Source: Eutreptiella sp. 'Long Island Sound 2002'
Lineage: Eukaryota; Protista; Euglenida
DNA length: 64,000 bases
Assembly: GCA_964036045.1 (NCBI GenBank)
Contig: OZ038378.1
Coordinates: 54,498,001-54,562,000, forward strand
Reading direction: 5' to 3'
Below the pieces are notes generated by a model. The model did not search any database and was not told the DNA's origin. It was given only the letters and a program-made list of their open reading frames with translations. Shown here piece by piece: positions 24,255-36,150 of this stretch. The first letter of the stretch is position 1; each line of letters starts with the position of its first letter. The position numbers and the translations under genes are program-made.

Positions 24255-25420
24255 TTTAGGTGCAAAGGATGCAAGGCATACCAGCGGCGCAGCAAGCAGC
24301 GGCGCCGCAAGCAGCCGTGCCGCAAGCAGGAATAGCACTCCAGCAAGTAGTGACAACACCAGCAACAGCAACAACAGCTGCACCTCAAGCACCACCCCAA
24401 CCCAAACAACTGTCCCCTCGCCGCCGACTCCTCTTCCCCGGTGCCGGAAAGCGGGGCGGAAAGGGGATGCGCGGCTGATGAGCTCCCCAAAAAGAAAAAC
24501 GTCAAAAAAAAGAGAAGAGGCAAAAGGACAACGGGGAAAGGGGGGGAGAGGGGGACAAGAAAGCATAGGGCAGGGCAGGGGAGATCATGGGTGCAGAGGT
24601 GAAACGGCAGGTTGGGGCTGTGGTAAAGGAGTAGGAGGCGTACCAGGTGTTGGGCTAAGCACGGTCCGTGGAGGACATCGGGGAAGCCCCACGCACTAGG
24701 GTCCACCAGATGGTGTCCTCCGGTGCCTTTTCAAAAGGCCTCCCGGTGGCATGGCTGCCCGGGGCTTGTGAAAAGGAGCCACCTGCCCTAGACACCTTGC
24801 TGTTCCGGGGCCTGCTAAAAGCACACGTCACCCTACAGCTTGTGTTGCGGCAGCATGCTGGAGGGTGCCACCCATCACTCGAACACCCGCATCATAGCGG
24901 TGTGGGTGGAGTCCGCGGAAGGGCCTGGGTGGCAGTGGTCAATGGGCAATCCAGCGGCCGCACCGCCTGCAATGGCAGGTTCCTCGGAGAAGTCGGAGTG
25001 CAAGCACATCAAGATCTCCGGGGAGCTGTTGGGTTCGGTGGTATGAGCTTCTGCACCACCAATGGGCATGGCATGGCCTTGGGCATGCTGCACGTTCCGC
25101 CCGAAAAGACGATCTTTGTCTCCGACGGGGGCAAGCTCACGGGGTTTGGGCTGTATCATACTACCCAGGCCCACACATATGGGGGCGGCTCTCCAAGGAC
25201 AACGTTGACGAGGCCGTAGACTACGCGTCACTGTCCCCCGGAGGCGGAGGCTGTCGAGGAGGAGGCCCGTACACCAGAGGGCTTGTTACGCGCCGGAGTG
25301 CCGGCCCTCCTGGCGCGTGCCTCCCGCCAAGAGGTATAACTCTACTTGCCCCCCCCACCCCGGTACCCTGTGGTACCCCATGATGCGCAAATCTAAACCG
25401 TTGTGTCTTAGATTTCGCGG
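24255..25420 (+). pseudogene. Element C cargo remnant (Q/A/P-rich start, unknown product)
   Basis: Begins right after the 24113-24250 motif cluster (MQGIPAAQQAAAPQAAV...). Frameshifted; not recognised. Confidence 0.3.
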
Positions 25421-26475
25421 GTTGATGGGACCTTCCAAAGATCTGGGGTGTTCCAGGCTCGGTCCTCGGCTCACCCACTGGCGGGTTCCACGGGCGCGGA
25501 CGTGGTGGCGGGCTCCGCGGGTGCAGACGCGATGGCGGACTCCGCCCTGGACTCTATCAATTCCGAGCTTTGGGTCTCGATGGTCGCCTCGTATTGCTGT
25601 GGGGGGGGGGGGGGCCTTGCTTCGGTTGCTTCCGCCCCCCCCCCCCTTTGTGGCCTTTTGCCAGTGCGCCGTGGCTGTCGCCTCAATGGCATAGGACAAA
25701 CGTGCTGCCACCTTGTACGGTGTCTCCCCGGTGCCGAACAGTAGCCAATTCTTACGCCCCCCCTACCCCGCCTGCACCACCACCCCTTTCTCCATCCCTT
25801 CTGCGTACGACACCCACCTTGGCCGGCCTCCAAATCCCCCCCCCCTCCTTCCCCTCAACTCCTTTCGGCTGTCTCTCTCCAGCCCCCTTGGCTGCTACCT
25901 GCTTCTCCTTTTTCTCTACTACCCCCTTTGTCGCCTTTCCCCACCCCTCCCTTGTGGGGTTCCCCTTGCGCTTCGTTGCCGCCTTCTTCTTCTTTGGCGG
26001 CTTCCGCGGGCTAAGGTTCAACTCCTCCACCTCCTTTTCGCGCGTGGTGGTGCTCGAGCTAGAAGAGGAAGTGGAGGGGCTGTGTTGGCGGGGCGGCTTT
26101 TCCTCGCGCACCCGCCCCTCTTCATCCGATTCAAATTGGACTCGCGCTAGCTTTGAGCCGGTGTCTTTTCTTGTGCGGTTACGGCAGCTGGCGTGAGGGC
26201 CGCCTTGACCTCAAATGTGATGTTCTTGCCGATTTCCTGAAGGGGGACCCACGGTTGCGGCGGCCTCCTTGACATCGCCCACAAGCTGCCACGCTTGCAA
26301 CCCTCGCATCCATTTGTGCAGGCCGCCCACGATGTGAAGGCCCGCGGTTGGGCTGCTAAAGAGGAGCCGGAAGACGCCGTTGATGTTAACGACGTCTTGG
26401 TTGCCGACGTCATTCCCCTCCAATTGCACACCAACGCCGGCCGCTTGTTACGCATTCGTGTAGATGTCGACATGT
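25420..26475 (-). pseudogene. Element C convergent cargo remnant with a K/E-rich low-complexity region
   Basis: Begins right after the 26490-26520 cluster. Overlapping ORFs 26147..26560, 26211..26429 and 25752..26111 (PRKPPKKKKAATKRK). Confidence 0.3.
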
Positions 26476-29299
26476 CGTCGGGAGGATGTTGAAAATTTGA
26501 AAGTTCAAATTCAAAGACAAGCAACACAATGCAAAACTGCCGTCTTTTTCGGAAGTTCAAGAAGGACTTTGAAAACGGAAAAAATATGCGCCCTCCCTAT
26601 CAAAAATTTTTCTCGCGTCACCGTGACCTTCGAGTACATCCGTGTGACAATGGGGGTGCAGGGTGTGTAGTGTTGTTGTGTTTTGCACATGTGTGCTTAC
26701 GCCAGCGGGTGCTACCGTTTTTACTAAGCGTTCCCGATTGCATTTGTATGGCCACACTGGTGTCCTGGGCCCCGTCAGTCCCTATTATAGCAGGCCTTCG
26801 GTGCAGGCCGGGGGTGCATCCTTGCAATGCCCCTCGACTTGTGCAATATGCACTTGGGCGAGAACCTGGCTTGCTGCCCGAAGAGTACCCTACAAGTGGG
26901 GTGGTAGCTCCGTGGTGTCTGCCGGGCAGCCACACGGTAATAGTTCCACGTGCTTGTCATCGCCATGCCACCCCGTGTGTTGTGTGTGTATTGGAACTTT
27001 CACAGCTTGTGGTGCTCGCGTCAGCGAGGCGGCCTACATGGCCTACTCAATTTGGCGATTTCCCTGAAAATGATGCCCCTGACGCCCAGCAGCCACCGCC
27101 CGCCTCCAAACGTGCCGGTTCCTGGGTTCAATCCCACAACCTTTTGGTTTGGAGATCTACACTAGGTTCGGTTCAGTTAGCCGGGGATCCCAACGCTTAC
27201 GTCAGTGGGAAGGTGGTTCAATTTTGAAAGTTCAAACCTCAAAAAGGAGTGCAAAAACCTATTTTCAAGCACCTTTGCTGGTTTTTTAACGACTTTTCCA
27301 AAATATGAAAAGCGTGAAAAACACCCCCTCCCCACCGGCCGAAAAACACACGGGAATCCATTAACAATCACAAAAACCTGCCACCTCAATAGGTCGCACA
27401 ATTGGTCAAACACACCATGAACACTTTGAAAATAGCGCTCAAACCTTGAAACCTCCCATTTCCTTGAACGATCTTATGTTTCGAATAGGTTCCCGGGGTA
27501 ATAAGGAAGGCAGCGGAGCCAATCTTTAAACTTGGGCCGGTCAAGAGTGGCCCCGAGGATGTGAAAAGTGCTGAACAATAACAGGACGAAGATTGCGATC
27601 AATGAACCTTGAGCAGCCGTTGGCGCCAATCTTTGATGCTTTCAGCGATGCCGTGACCTCGAATTGCCCCAAGAACCACACACTCGTTGTAGAGATCAAC
27701 CAAAAAAAAATGCGCGGTCCCAACAACATGTGAAGGGTTGAATTGAGCTCAGGGAGTTAGGCAGCTCACATACTACAAAAGAATTCTATAGATACCGGCC
27801 ACAATCAACTTATTCGTGCCTTTTTTTTATTCGGCCCACGGCAGATTCTCCATATGCAACATGGTTTACCAGCCTGTAGTGTAGGCTAACGGTCTACATG
27901 GTACCATTGTATGTCCCTATGTGGAGGTGTCCCCGTTCCTGGCCACAACCCGGGGTGTCACGTTCATTCAAAGAGATTCATAGGGAGCATGGCTTTGGCG
28001 GAGGATATGCCAACGTAAGACATGTTCGCCGTCTTTGGGGGTACTTTTCTTTTCCCTTTTACTTTTAGGATGGGGGGATTCTCATGGGGTGCGTTACTAT
28101 AGCCTTTTGGAGACAGGTACTGCAGGCGTACCATAGGCAGGCAAACTCCCGGACCCACCATTGAAATGCCATGGGCATATGTGCTATGGATGCTTGCTTC
28201 TTGTTGTTTTATTAGTATGTGCAATTTGTATACCCCATCTTCCTTTCCAAATTCACTTTTCTTCCATGCAACCGAATGTTGGGTTGCGAGAACGAATCCT
28301 AGGACAATGTGGTGCCCTCCGGTGGTCGGCTGTTGGACGCCTTTGCGCGTGCATCCAAAAGGGTGTGTGCGAAATTGCACAATGTGACAAAGTAGCGTTA
28401 CTCGTCGTATTAAACATATATTCACAGTTATGTGCAAGGAGTTTGGTTGCTGTCACTTCAAGTAGAGAGGGCACCAGCCTCGAAACCTTATAGTTTTCAT
28501 ATGCCTAGGTCTGTGCAGATTTTCAGTTGTGTCAAACTTTAGCATGTTCATTGGTGTAGCCGTTTGCTACACGTGTCATTTACGTTGGTTGCCAACAAAA
28601 CCGCTTCGCATCCCGGATTTTGGGAGAAGGGAGTGAAAGATGTTTACGACACAAGCCATTCTGAACGTTGCAGACACCTCCTAGCAAACATCGCCAAGTC
28701 TTATACTTTGGGATGTCAATATGTACATGCACCTAGGGGAACCTGGGGCAGCAACAAACGTCTGCCTTGCTTGGGTTTTTGAGTGTGTTGTTCGCGAAAT
28801 CGAAATAAAAAGGTGTGTTGCTAGTTTTGGAATCTTACCTCCAACGACTTCTCAAAGTTTCTTTCGAAGCGCGTTTATCGGGATGTGGCGACAGATGTTT
28901 GGATACCGCGATGGGCTTGCGGTATGCTTCTACAAAGACTTGCTTTCCAAGTAAGTGAAGTGTTTGATATCAATCTAAAGATGCGGCCTTATGGCGGCAT
29001 CTCTAACCTCTTACCCTTCCTATCCCATGATTTTGTGTGTTGTCGCCACTTTCCAACAGCACCTCATCTTGGAACAGGTAGGGCGTTTGATTTTAGAGTA
29101 AAAAGAGGTTGTGATGGTTATCTAAGTTTGCATGTTACTTGCCCATCTCCACTTCACCGGATACAGAAATACCAGAGGCGGTTGTTTGCGGCACTTATCC
29201 CCCCCTCCTCGTGACCGTGAAGCGATTACACGTAACCACACATGACCCCCATACACAAAACATACCACAATAAATAACCCAGCGGTAGTTGAAACATTG

Positions 29300-32200
29300 C
29301 ACTATGAAAAGGGATGTCATCCTGCTAGGGGTTCGTTTTACATGCAATGATTGCATCACCGTTGGTGCAACCATTGTGCTTCTCAATTTGCCCTGGTGAC
29401 GAAATGAATTTACGCACTGCATGGTACTTGTTGTGCATTGAGGTACTTGATTTACTACAAAAGCTGGCTTGTTGTTGCAACCCGCATTGTAACTTTTGGA
29501 AATCCCGAAGGTTGTTGTTGGGGATGCATTAAACCTATGATTCAGTGCATTGTAATTCCTTTTTCTTGGTGTACCATTGATTCTCCATAGACAATGTCTG
29601 ACGGTGATCTCCTCGCGACTGTTGCCGCATCCGCCCAAAATCATCTTTTTTTGTGAATTTTCATATGCATGGTAGATCGCATGGACGCACTGCTCAAATT
29701 TCATTGAATGGTCGCTAGCATACTTCTACCCGCTGCAAGCACACATATTGTAGTTCCGGTCGCTAGGCAAAAATATACAATCAATGTCGTAGGTGAACAT
29801 GTTTGAGACATGGCAAGTGTGTACTTGAATTGTCACGTTGATTTGTCCACTCCCTCAGTTTGCGGCCTTCAATATGCACAACAAGTGAAGTTGACACGTC
29901 GGTCTACAAACTTCCAAAGAAAAGAAGCACCGGAAAGACATCCGCACACCAACAAATTCACAACCAGGCTTTTTAATGGCAGTACATTGCAAATCAATTA
30001 ATAACCGTGGGATGGCCTCAGCATCATTCCCAATATATACACCCCTCTCCTCGGGGTCCGGTCGTGTGGTAATGTAGAGTCCTTCCACATGCTGTGCACC
30101 TTGACGGGCATTGCCGCGGCATACTCCCGGTCCGAGCATGGGTCATGGGCCGTGGTAGCGAATGTTCATGGATCTTGTGCGTGTGCGTTCGACCAGACCG
30201 TATACGTTGACATCCTCCGGAGGGTGCTAGGGAAAAAAGCACCTCAAAATGTCTTCCCTTTCCAAGGCCACTGATACTCTTCGAACTAAATCTTGTGCCA
30301 TGTGCCTCAGTATGTAACTTTTGTGGTCTTGCAAAAGAAGGGACAATCAACCCTAAAGAAAATCAAACGCCTAATGCCAAGCCTCCTACAATGAACACCT
30401 TGTGTTGGACGGCTATTTCAAAAGAGGGATGGTTGGCAAATGCAAAATTGCAGGGCACACTTTAGGGATTCTTCGGTGTGCCAAACCCAAAGTAAAATTG
30501 AGGCCCTTTGGGATCTCCACACACACACAATGAAAATGTACAACTTGCTTGCAACAATTAGCCAATGGAAGTTAGTGCGGGCTAGATGGCAAACAACTCA
30601 AAAAGGCCGCTGCATCGCCATATCATGGCGTTTGGCGGGGGAACCAATAAATAGGCCAAGTGGAAGGATATGCGACATCCACATAGCAGATATCTATTGC
30701 ACAATGTTTCGTGAACGAGCAACCAAGCACCACGGACCACCAATTGCAAAACCAAGCCCCCCATGTGGTACCAATTTGACATAATTTCAACACCTTGTAA
30801 TGCCGCACCAAGACACGCAGCACAATCACGGACCATATGTGTTCGTGGAGCACGGACACATATGCGAAAAGGTGTTTCTCGAATACTTTTTGTCCGCCTC
30901 ACAGGGAACCCCTCCGTTCATTTACATTGTCTTCATGCCTAAACGCAACAAATTTGTGCGAGTTCCTCAGTACGCGTAAGGAGGCCACTATTCTTTCGGT
31001 TTAACAGTTTGTGGCAAAAAAGTGATGAGCACCTAATCAGTGGTGTCATGATCGTTATAGTAGTGTCCACTAGTAAGATGACGTGGGATTGGTTGCCCTT
31101 TGACATCAAGAGCACGGTGGCAATAGAGTTCAGCATCTTTGGATTCAACTAGCACCCACCTGCGGATCCTAGCAATCAGTATCGCTTCAAACCTATGGTT
31201 CGTAACCCAAATGAGTGCTCAAGGGTGTGACGGCAACTCTGGAATAATTAGAGTGGAAGAGAAAGCGGAATATGCAAGAGGCTTGAATGCAACACAAAAC
31301 TTGATGGGGGGCTGACCTTTTTCCCGATTGTTGTGTTTTTGGTGGCTTTGAAAAGCTAATGCACATGTCTCTCTGTTGGCGTGCAACATTACACAGCAAC
31401 AGCCTTGGAGCGCACACACTTCAAAGTAGTTACCGTGGCTTCTTTCTTGAAATCCTAGACAAGTTGGCTTCTTGCTTCAACGGCATTGTGACTTTTGCAA
31501 GTCGTGAAGGTTGTTGTTTTGCATGCATCAAACCTGTCATTGAGGATGATGTAATTGCTATTTCTAGATGTACCATTGATTCGCCGTAGACAATGCCTCC
31601 CGGTGATTTACAGGCAAGTGTTGCCGGATCCGCCCACAATTGTTTTTTTTTCTGGGTTTTCATATGAATGGTAGAGCGCATGGAAGCATTTATCAAACTT
31701 CATGGAATGGTCGCCATCATACTTCTAGGCTTATTAGCAACTGGCGTCCTGGTACCTAAGCAAAGGTATGCACCCAATGTCGTAAGCAAACATGTTTAAA
31801 ACGTGAAAAGTGTGTATTTCAAATGTCGCGTTGATTTCCCCACTCCCTCACTTTGCGGCCTTCATATGTACAACAAGTGAAGTGGGCATGTCCGTGTACA
31901 AACTTCCCAACGGGGGAAGCACCGGAAATAAAATCATACTATTTTTTTTATAATAGTGCATTGGAAATAACCTTAATAACCCTGAGATGGCCTCAGCATC
32001 ATCCCCAATATATACACCCCTCTCCTCAAGGCCCGCTCGTGTTGTAATGTAGAGTCTTTTTTTTTCTTCAAATAGGCCAGTTCAAATGTGCCATGGGCCA
32101 CTGTGGGCCAAGTTCAATGCAGAGTGCGGATTTCGGCAAAGCCAGGGTGTGCATACGGGCTGCAGCTCACGACCGCGCCCCCATGGTTTCCCGTTGAGGT

Positions 32201-35200
32201 GGTAGTGGTCATGTCATTGGTATTTCCCACTTGTTTGGATCCCACTGCGTTTTGTGGCGTTTCAGCGGAGGCTGCAATGGGACTTCCCACAAGGTGGGGT
32301 CCCACTGTTCTCGTGGCCGTTTCCGTATGAGGTATATCGTCTGTCGTGCTTGTCGGGTTGTGTGCCAGTATTGTGTTGTCTTATGTTTGCAGGCGTCCAG
32401 CTAGCACTGTGTCATGTTCGCCCACTGTTCCTGCTGGCACCACATGTAGTGTGCCTGTTGTAGGTGATGGTCCACCAGCTTGGCGGTGTTAGCGCACATC
32501 TTCTTGTATCGCCTGCAGAGCAGAGCGATTTTTTTCATCCGCATACCACGTCCCTGTGTCGTACTTTGCTTGCTCGTACCATTGCCTGCGTACCTGGCAC
32601 ATGTATGTGTGCGTGTCGTGCAGTCGTTGTGCAGCCATGTGGTGCTTGATCAGTTTAGTAACCAGCATGTGGTAGTCCGTTTTGGCTGTTAGTGTGTTGG
32701 TGTAGCATGCGTGCAGGGTGCATAGGTGCTGCCAAGCTACCTCAGCGGCGTGTGCACTGTGGTATATGTCGTGTGTTCGCCGTGCGTGTTCCTATGTCAA
32801 CCTGTCGGCGGTCGTTTTGTACTGCTCCCATCGCGGTGCGGCTACCCTGAGACGCCGACGCTTCTGTGTTGGTTCTTCCGCGGCGGTGTCACTAGCTCAC
32901 ATTCTTGTTAGCCATGCCACTGCCTGGTCGTCGTTTGCAGCGCGCGCATCACGAATCCATTGGTCGGGGTCTATGGGCTCCGCCGTTGGGACCTCGTTCC
33001 TACATTTTCGTTTCGTGCCTTTCTCATGGGCGTCCCGACGTGATTGCGTAGGTTTTGTGGCGTTTCTCGCGGAGGCAGTGTATGAGCGACGTACTTTGTC
33101 AGCCAAAGGGGCGACGGTGGCTAGTGTGGTGTTGGGTCAGCGAGTTTCCGTCTTAGTGTTTGGACAGCCTGAATCATGCGAAACTCAAATAGGGCTACCT
33201 CCGTCCGTAGTTTGTGTCGTTCCGTGGTAGGTATGGCGTCAACGAGAGACAGTGGTATGAGCAGCCTGACACAGAGCCAGAGTTCCTGGCTGCTGGCCGT
33301 TTGCTGCCATTGGTGGGCGTGTTGGGCCCAATCAGTCCAGCTCCTGCGCCACAGGTCCCAGAACTCGCCCCAGGCGGGGCATTACGCCAGTCTAGACTGC
33401 ACTGATGCTCCGTGTTGTTGGCCACACTGGGCGCATAGAGTGGGAGTTCGTTCCCAAGGGGCACCTATTCCCCACCATCTTACCTGCCCCCACAGCCACG
33501 GGGTCCACGCATTCCGTCTGTAGTGTTTCATGGGGAGCCGGCTCACCCAGTGCACCTCTGGTCTTTATTTTTGTCTTCGCACTTGCATAATCCATGCCTT
33601 GGCAGGCGTGGGCATGATTTGTCCGATGATGACAATATCATGGGGTTGTGGTTGTTGGGAGTCCATGGGCAAGTTGTCGCCCATATTGGCAAGGACATCG
33701 GAGTGGGTGTTCCCCTGTATGTCCTCATAGTCGTTATACGTAGTGGCTTGTTCTAGGGTACGGTGTCCCGGGGTCCAGCGTATCGTCAGTCGCTTCGTAG
33801 AGGTGTTGTGGTAACCTATGTTGCGGCAGTCCTGGTCTTTGACTACTCCATTTCGTTTTATAGGTGTGGCTTTCACCGCACTTTGGTTGTCTAATATGAT
33901 GTCGTCCCCCGGACTAGCCAGTTCAGAGGCCAGTGCACAAGCGACAGTCTCGGCTCGATACACTTGCTGTGGCCCATGCACCCGAAAGGCTGCGCGGTAG
34001 GTTCCGTTGTATATGCCCCCTCCCGCTCGTCCGTGCCGCTTCGACCCGTTTGTATACCACCGTGTGGTGGTGGGTTCTCCCGTGTAGGGTATGGGGATCC
34101 CGTGGATCTTCTTGTGGTGTGGTAGTGCCTGGTAGACCTCGTGGGTTTCCTCTGGGGTTGGCTCGTCCGGCGGGTTCATCCAACCGTAGTCTACACGGTT
34201 GGTAGCCGGCCGTGACTTCCCTGCGTGTGTCTCTTGGTCCTCCTCCGAGCTCTCCGTCTCGTATAGGCCCGCCGACAGGGGCCGATGTTGCCTAGGTTGT
34301 GATATGCGCTGACCGACCGTGCCCCCTGGGCCTCGGGCAGCGTCAATGTATTTATATTGGGTTGCGGTGAGTTGTTGTGTAGGGCCGTTGTTCTGCCGTT
34401 ATTGCTGACCTAGTGTAACCGACCTGGTGATATAGGACCACCATAACTCACGGAGACCTAGTCCCCCGTTGCTGAGGTTGGTAGACAGTCGGTGCTTGTT
34501 CATTTGTTGTTCTATCCCGGGTGTGTCCCTGATGTACTGAAAGAGTATATGGTCCCAGTGTGCCATCCGTGCCCTGTTCCCGAGGAATAGCGCCCTGTAA
34601 AGCCATCCAGAGATGAGGACGGCGTTTATGATGGCTGTCTTTTTGTAAGCGTTTGGCGGCAGGGTCCTGTATGCCGCTATGTGGTGGTGCAGTTGTGTGG
34701 TAACCATGTCCCATGCCGTGTCTGCTTGTGTGGGGTGGGCGAGTACGTGCCCTAGATACGTCATTATGGGTGGCCGCACGGGGATGAGCTGGTGCTACCA
34801 TGTGATGGGCTCTAGGTTGCAGTCCTTAGCCCAGCGGTACACCTCTGTTTTGTCCTTATTGAAGCGTAGCCTCATTGTGTAAGCCACGTCGTGGAGTGTG
34901 CCTAACGTGTGTAGTAGTGTTTCCTTCGTGGGTGCGCGCAGTCGTGTTGTAATGTAGAGTCCCTCCACATGCTATGCAGCTTGACGGGTATTGCCGCGGC
35001 ATACTCCCTGTTAGAGCATGGGTCTTGAGCCGTGGTAGCAAGTTGCTATGGGTCTTGTCCGTGTGCGTGCGAGCGGAACACACAAACCGACACCCTCTGG
35101 AGGGTGCTAGAAAAAAGCACCTCACAACTTCTTCAATTTTCCAAGGCCAGTGATAGTCTTCGAACTAAATGTTGTGCCATGTGCCTCAACGTGTCACTTT

Positions 35201-36150
35201 TGTGGTCTTGCAAAAGAAGGCACAATGGACCCTAAAGAAAAGCAGACGCCTAATGCCATGCCTCCTGTACCGAACATCTTGTGTCACACAGCTATTACAG
35301 AAAAGGGATGGTTGGCATATGGGAAATTGCATGGCATAATGTAGGGATTCTTCGGTGTGCGGAACCAGGACTGATATTGACGGCTTTGGGATCTCCACAC
35401 ACCCCTATGCATTATGAACAACTAAAATGTACCGCAACTTGCTTGCAACAATTAGGTAATGGCAGTTAGGGCAGGGCAGATGGCAAACAACTCAAAAAGG
35501 CCTCCGTATCCCCATATCATGAGATGTGCGAGGAGAACCAATAAATAGGCCAAGTCGAAGGATATGCGACATGCACAAAGGACATATCTATTGCACAATG
35601 TTCCGTGAATGAGCCACCAAGCGCAACGGAATACCATATGCAAAACCAAGGCCCCCTTGTGGCACCAATGTGGCATCACTTGGACATCTTGCAATCGCGC
35701 ACCAAGACAGCAATCACAGTCACACAACACATGTGTTCATGGAGCAAGCAAGCAAATGCAAAAACGTGTTTCTTGAATACTTTTTGTCCTCCTCACAAGG
35801 ATCCTCTCTATTCATTTACGATGTCTTTCTGCCTCGACGCAATAGATTCGTGTGTGTTCCTCAGTACATGTAAATAGGAAACCATTCTTTCCATTGAAAA
35901 ATCTTTGGCAAATAAATGTTGCACACTCAATCGGTGGTGTCATTATCATTACAGTAGTGTTCACAAGTAACGTGACCTCGGATTTGTTGCAATTTGACAT
36001 CAAGAGCATCGTGGGAATAGAATTGAGCATCTTTGCATTCTACTGCCACCCGCTTGCGGAAGCTGGGAATCAACATCGGTTTGTTGCAATGTGAACTTGT
36101 AGTTCGTAACCGAAATGGGTGCTCGGGGGTGTGACCGTAACACCAGACAA
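29300..36150 (-). repeat. Decayed ~2-kb tandem unit (about 2.5-3 copies) with coding remnants including a SWIM-like CxC...CxH motif
   Basis: 29670-29940 matches 31670-31930, and 30060-31230 matches 34942-36130 after removing the LINE. Minus-strand MCACSG*KY...KFEQCVH lies near 29690-29740. Confidence 0.6.
32057..34941 (-). mobile_element. 5'-truncated non-LTR retrotransposon (RT C-terminus, RNase H, Zn finger) with poly(A) tail and 20-bp TSD
   Basis: TCGTGTTGTAATGTAGAGTC occurs at 32037-32056 and 34942-34961, with T9 at 32057-32065. Protein motifs: LRFNKDKT, TYLGH, GGLGL (RT end/thumb); WYTNGSK, YRAE, ILDNQSAV, WTPGH, GN..SD.LA (RNase H); LCAQCGQQH....CPAW. Confidence 0.92.
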
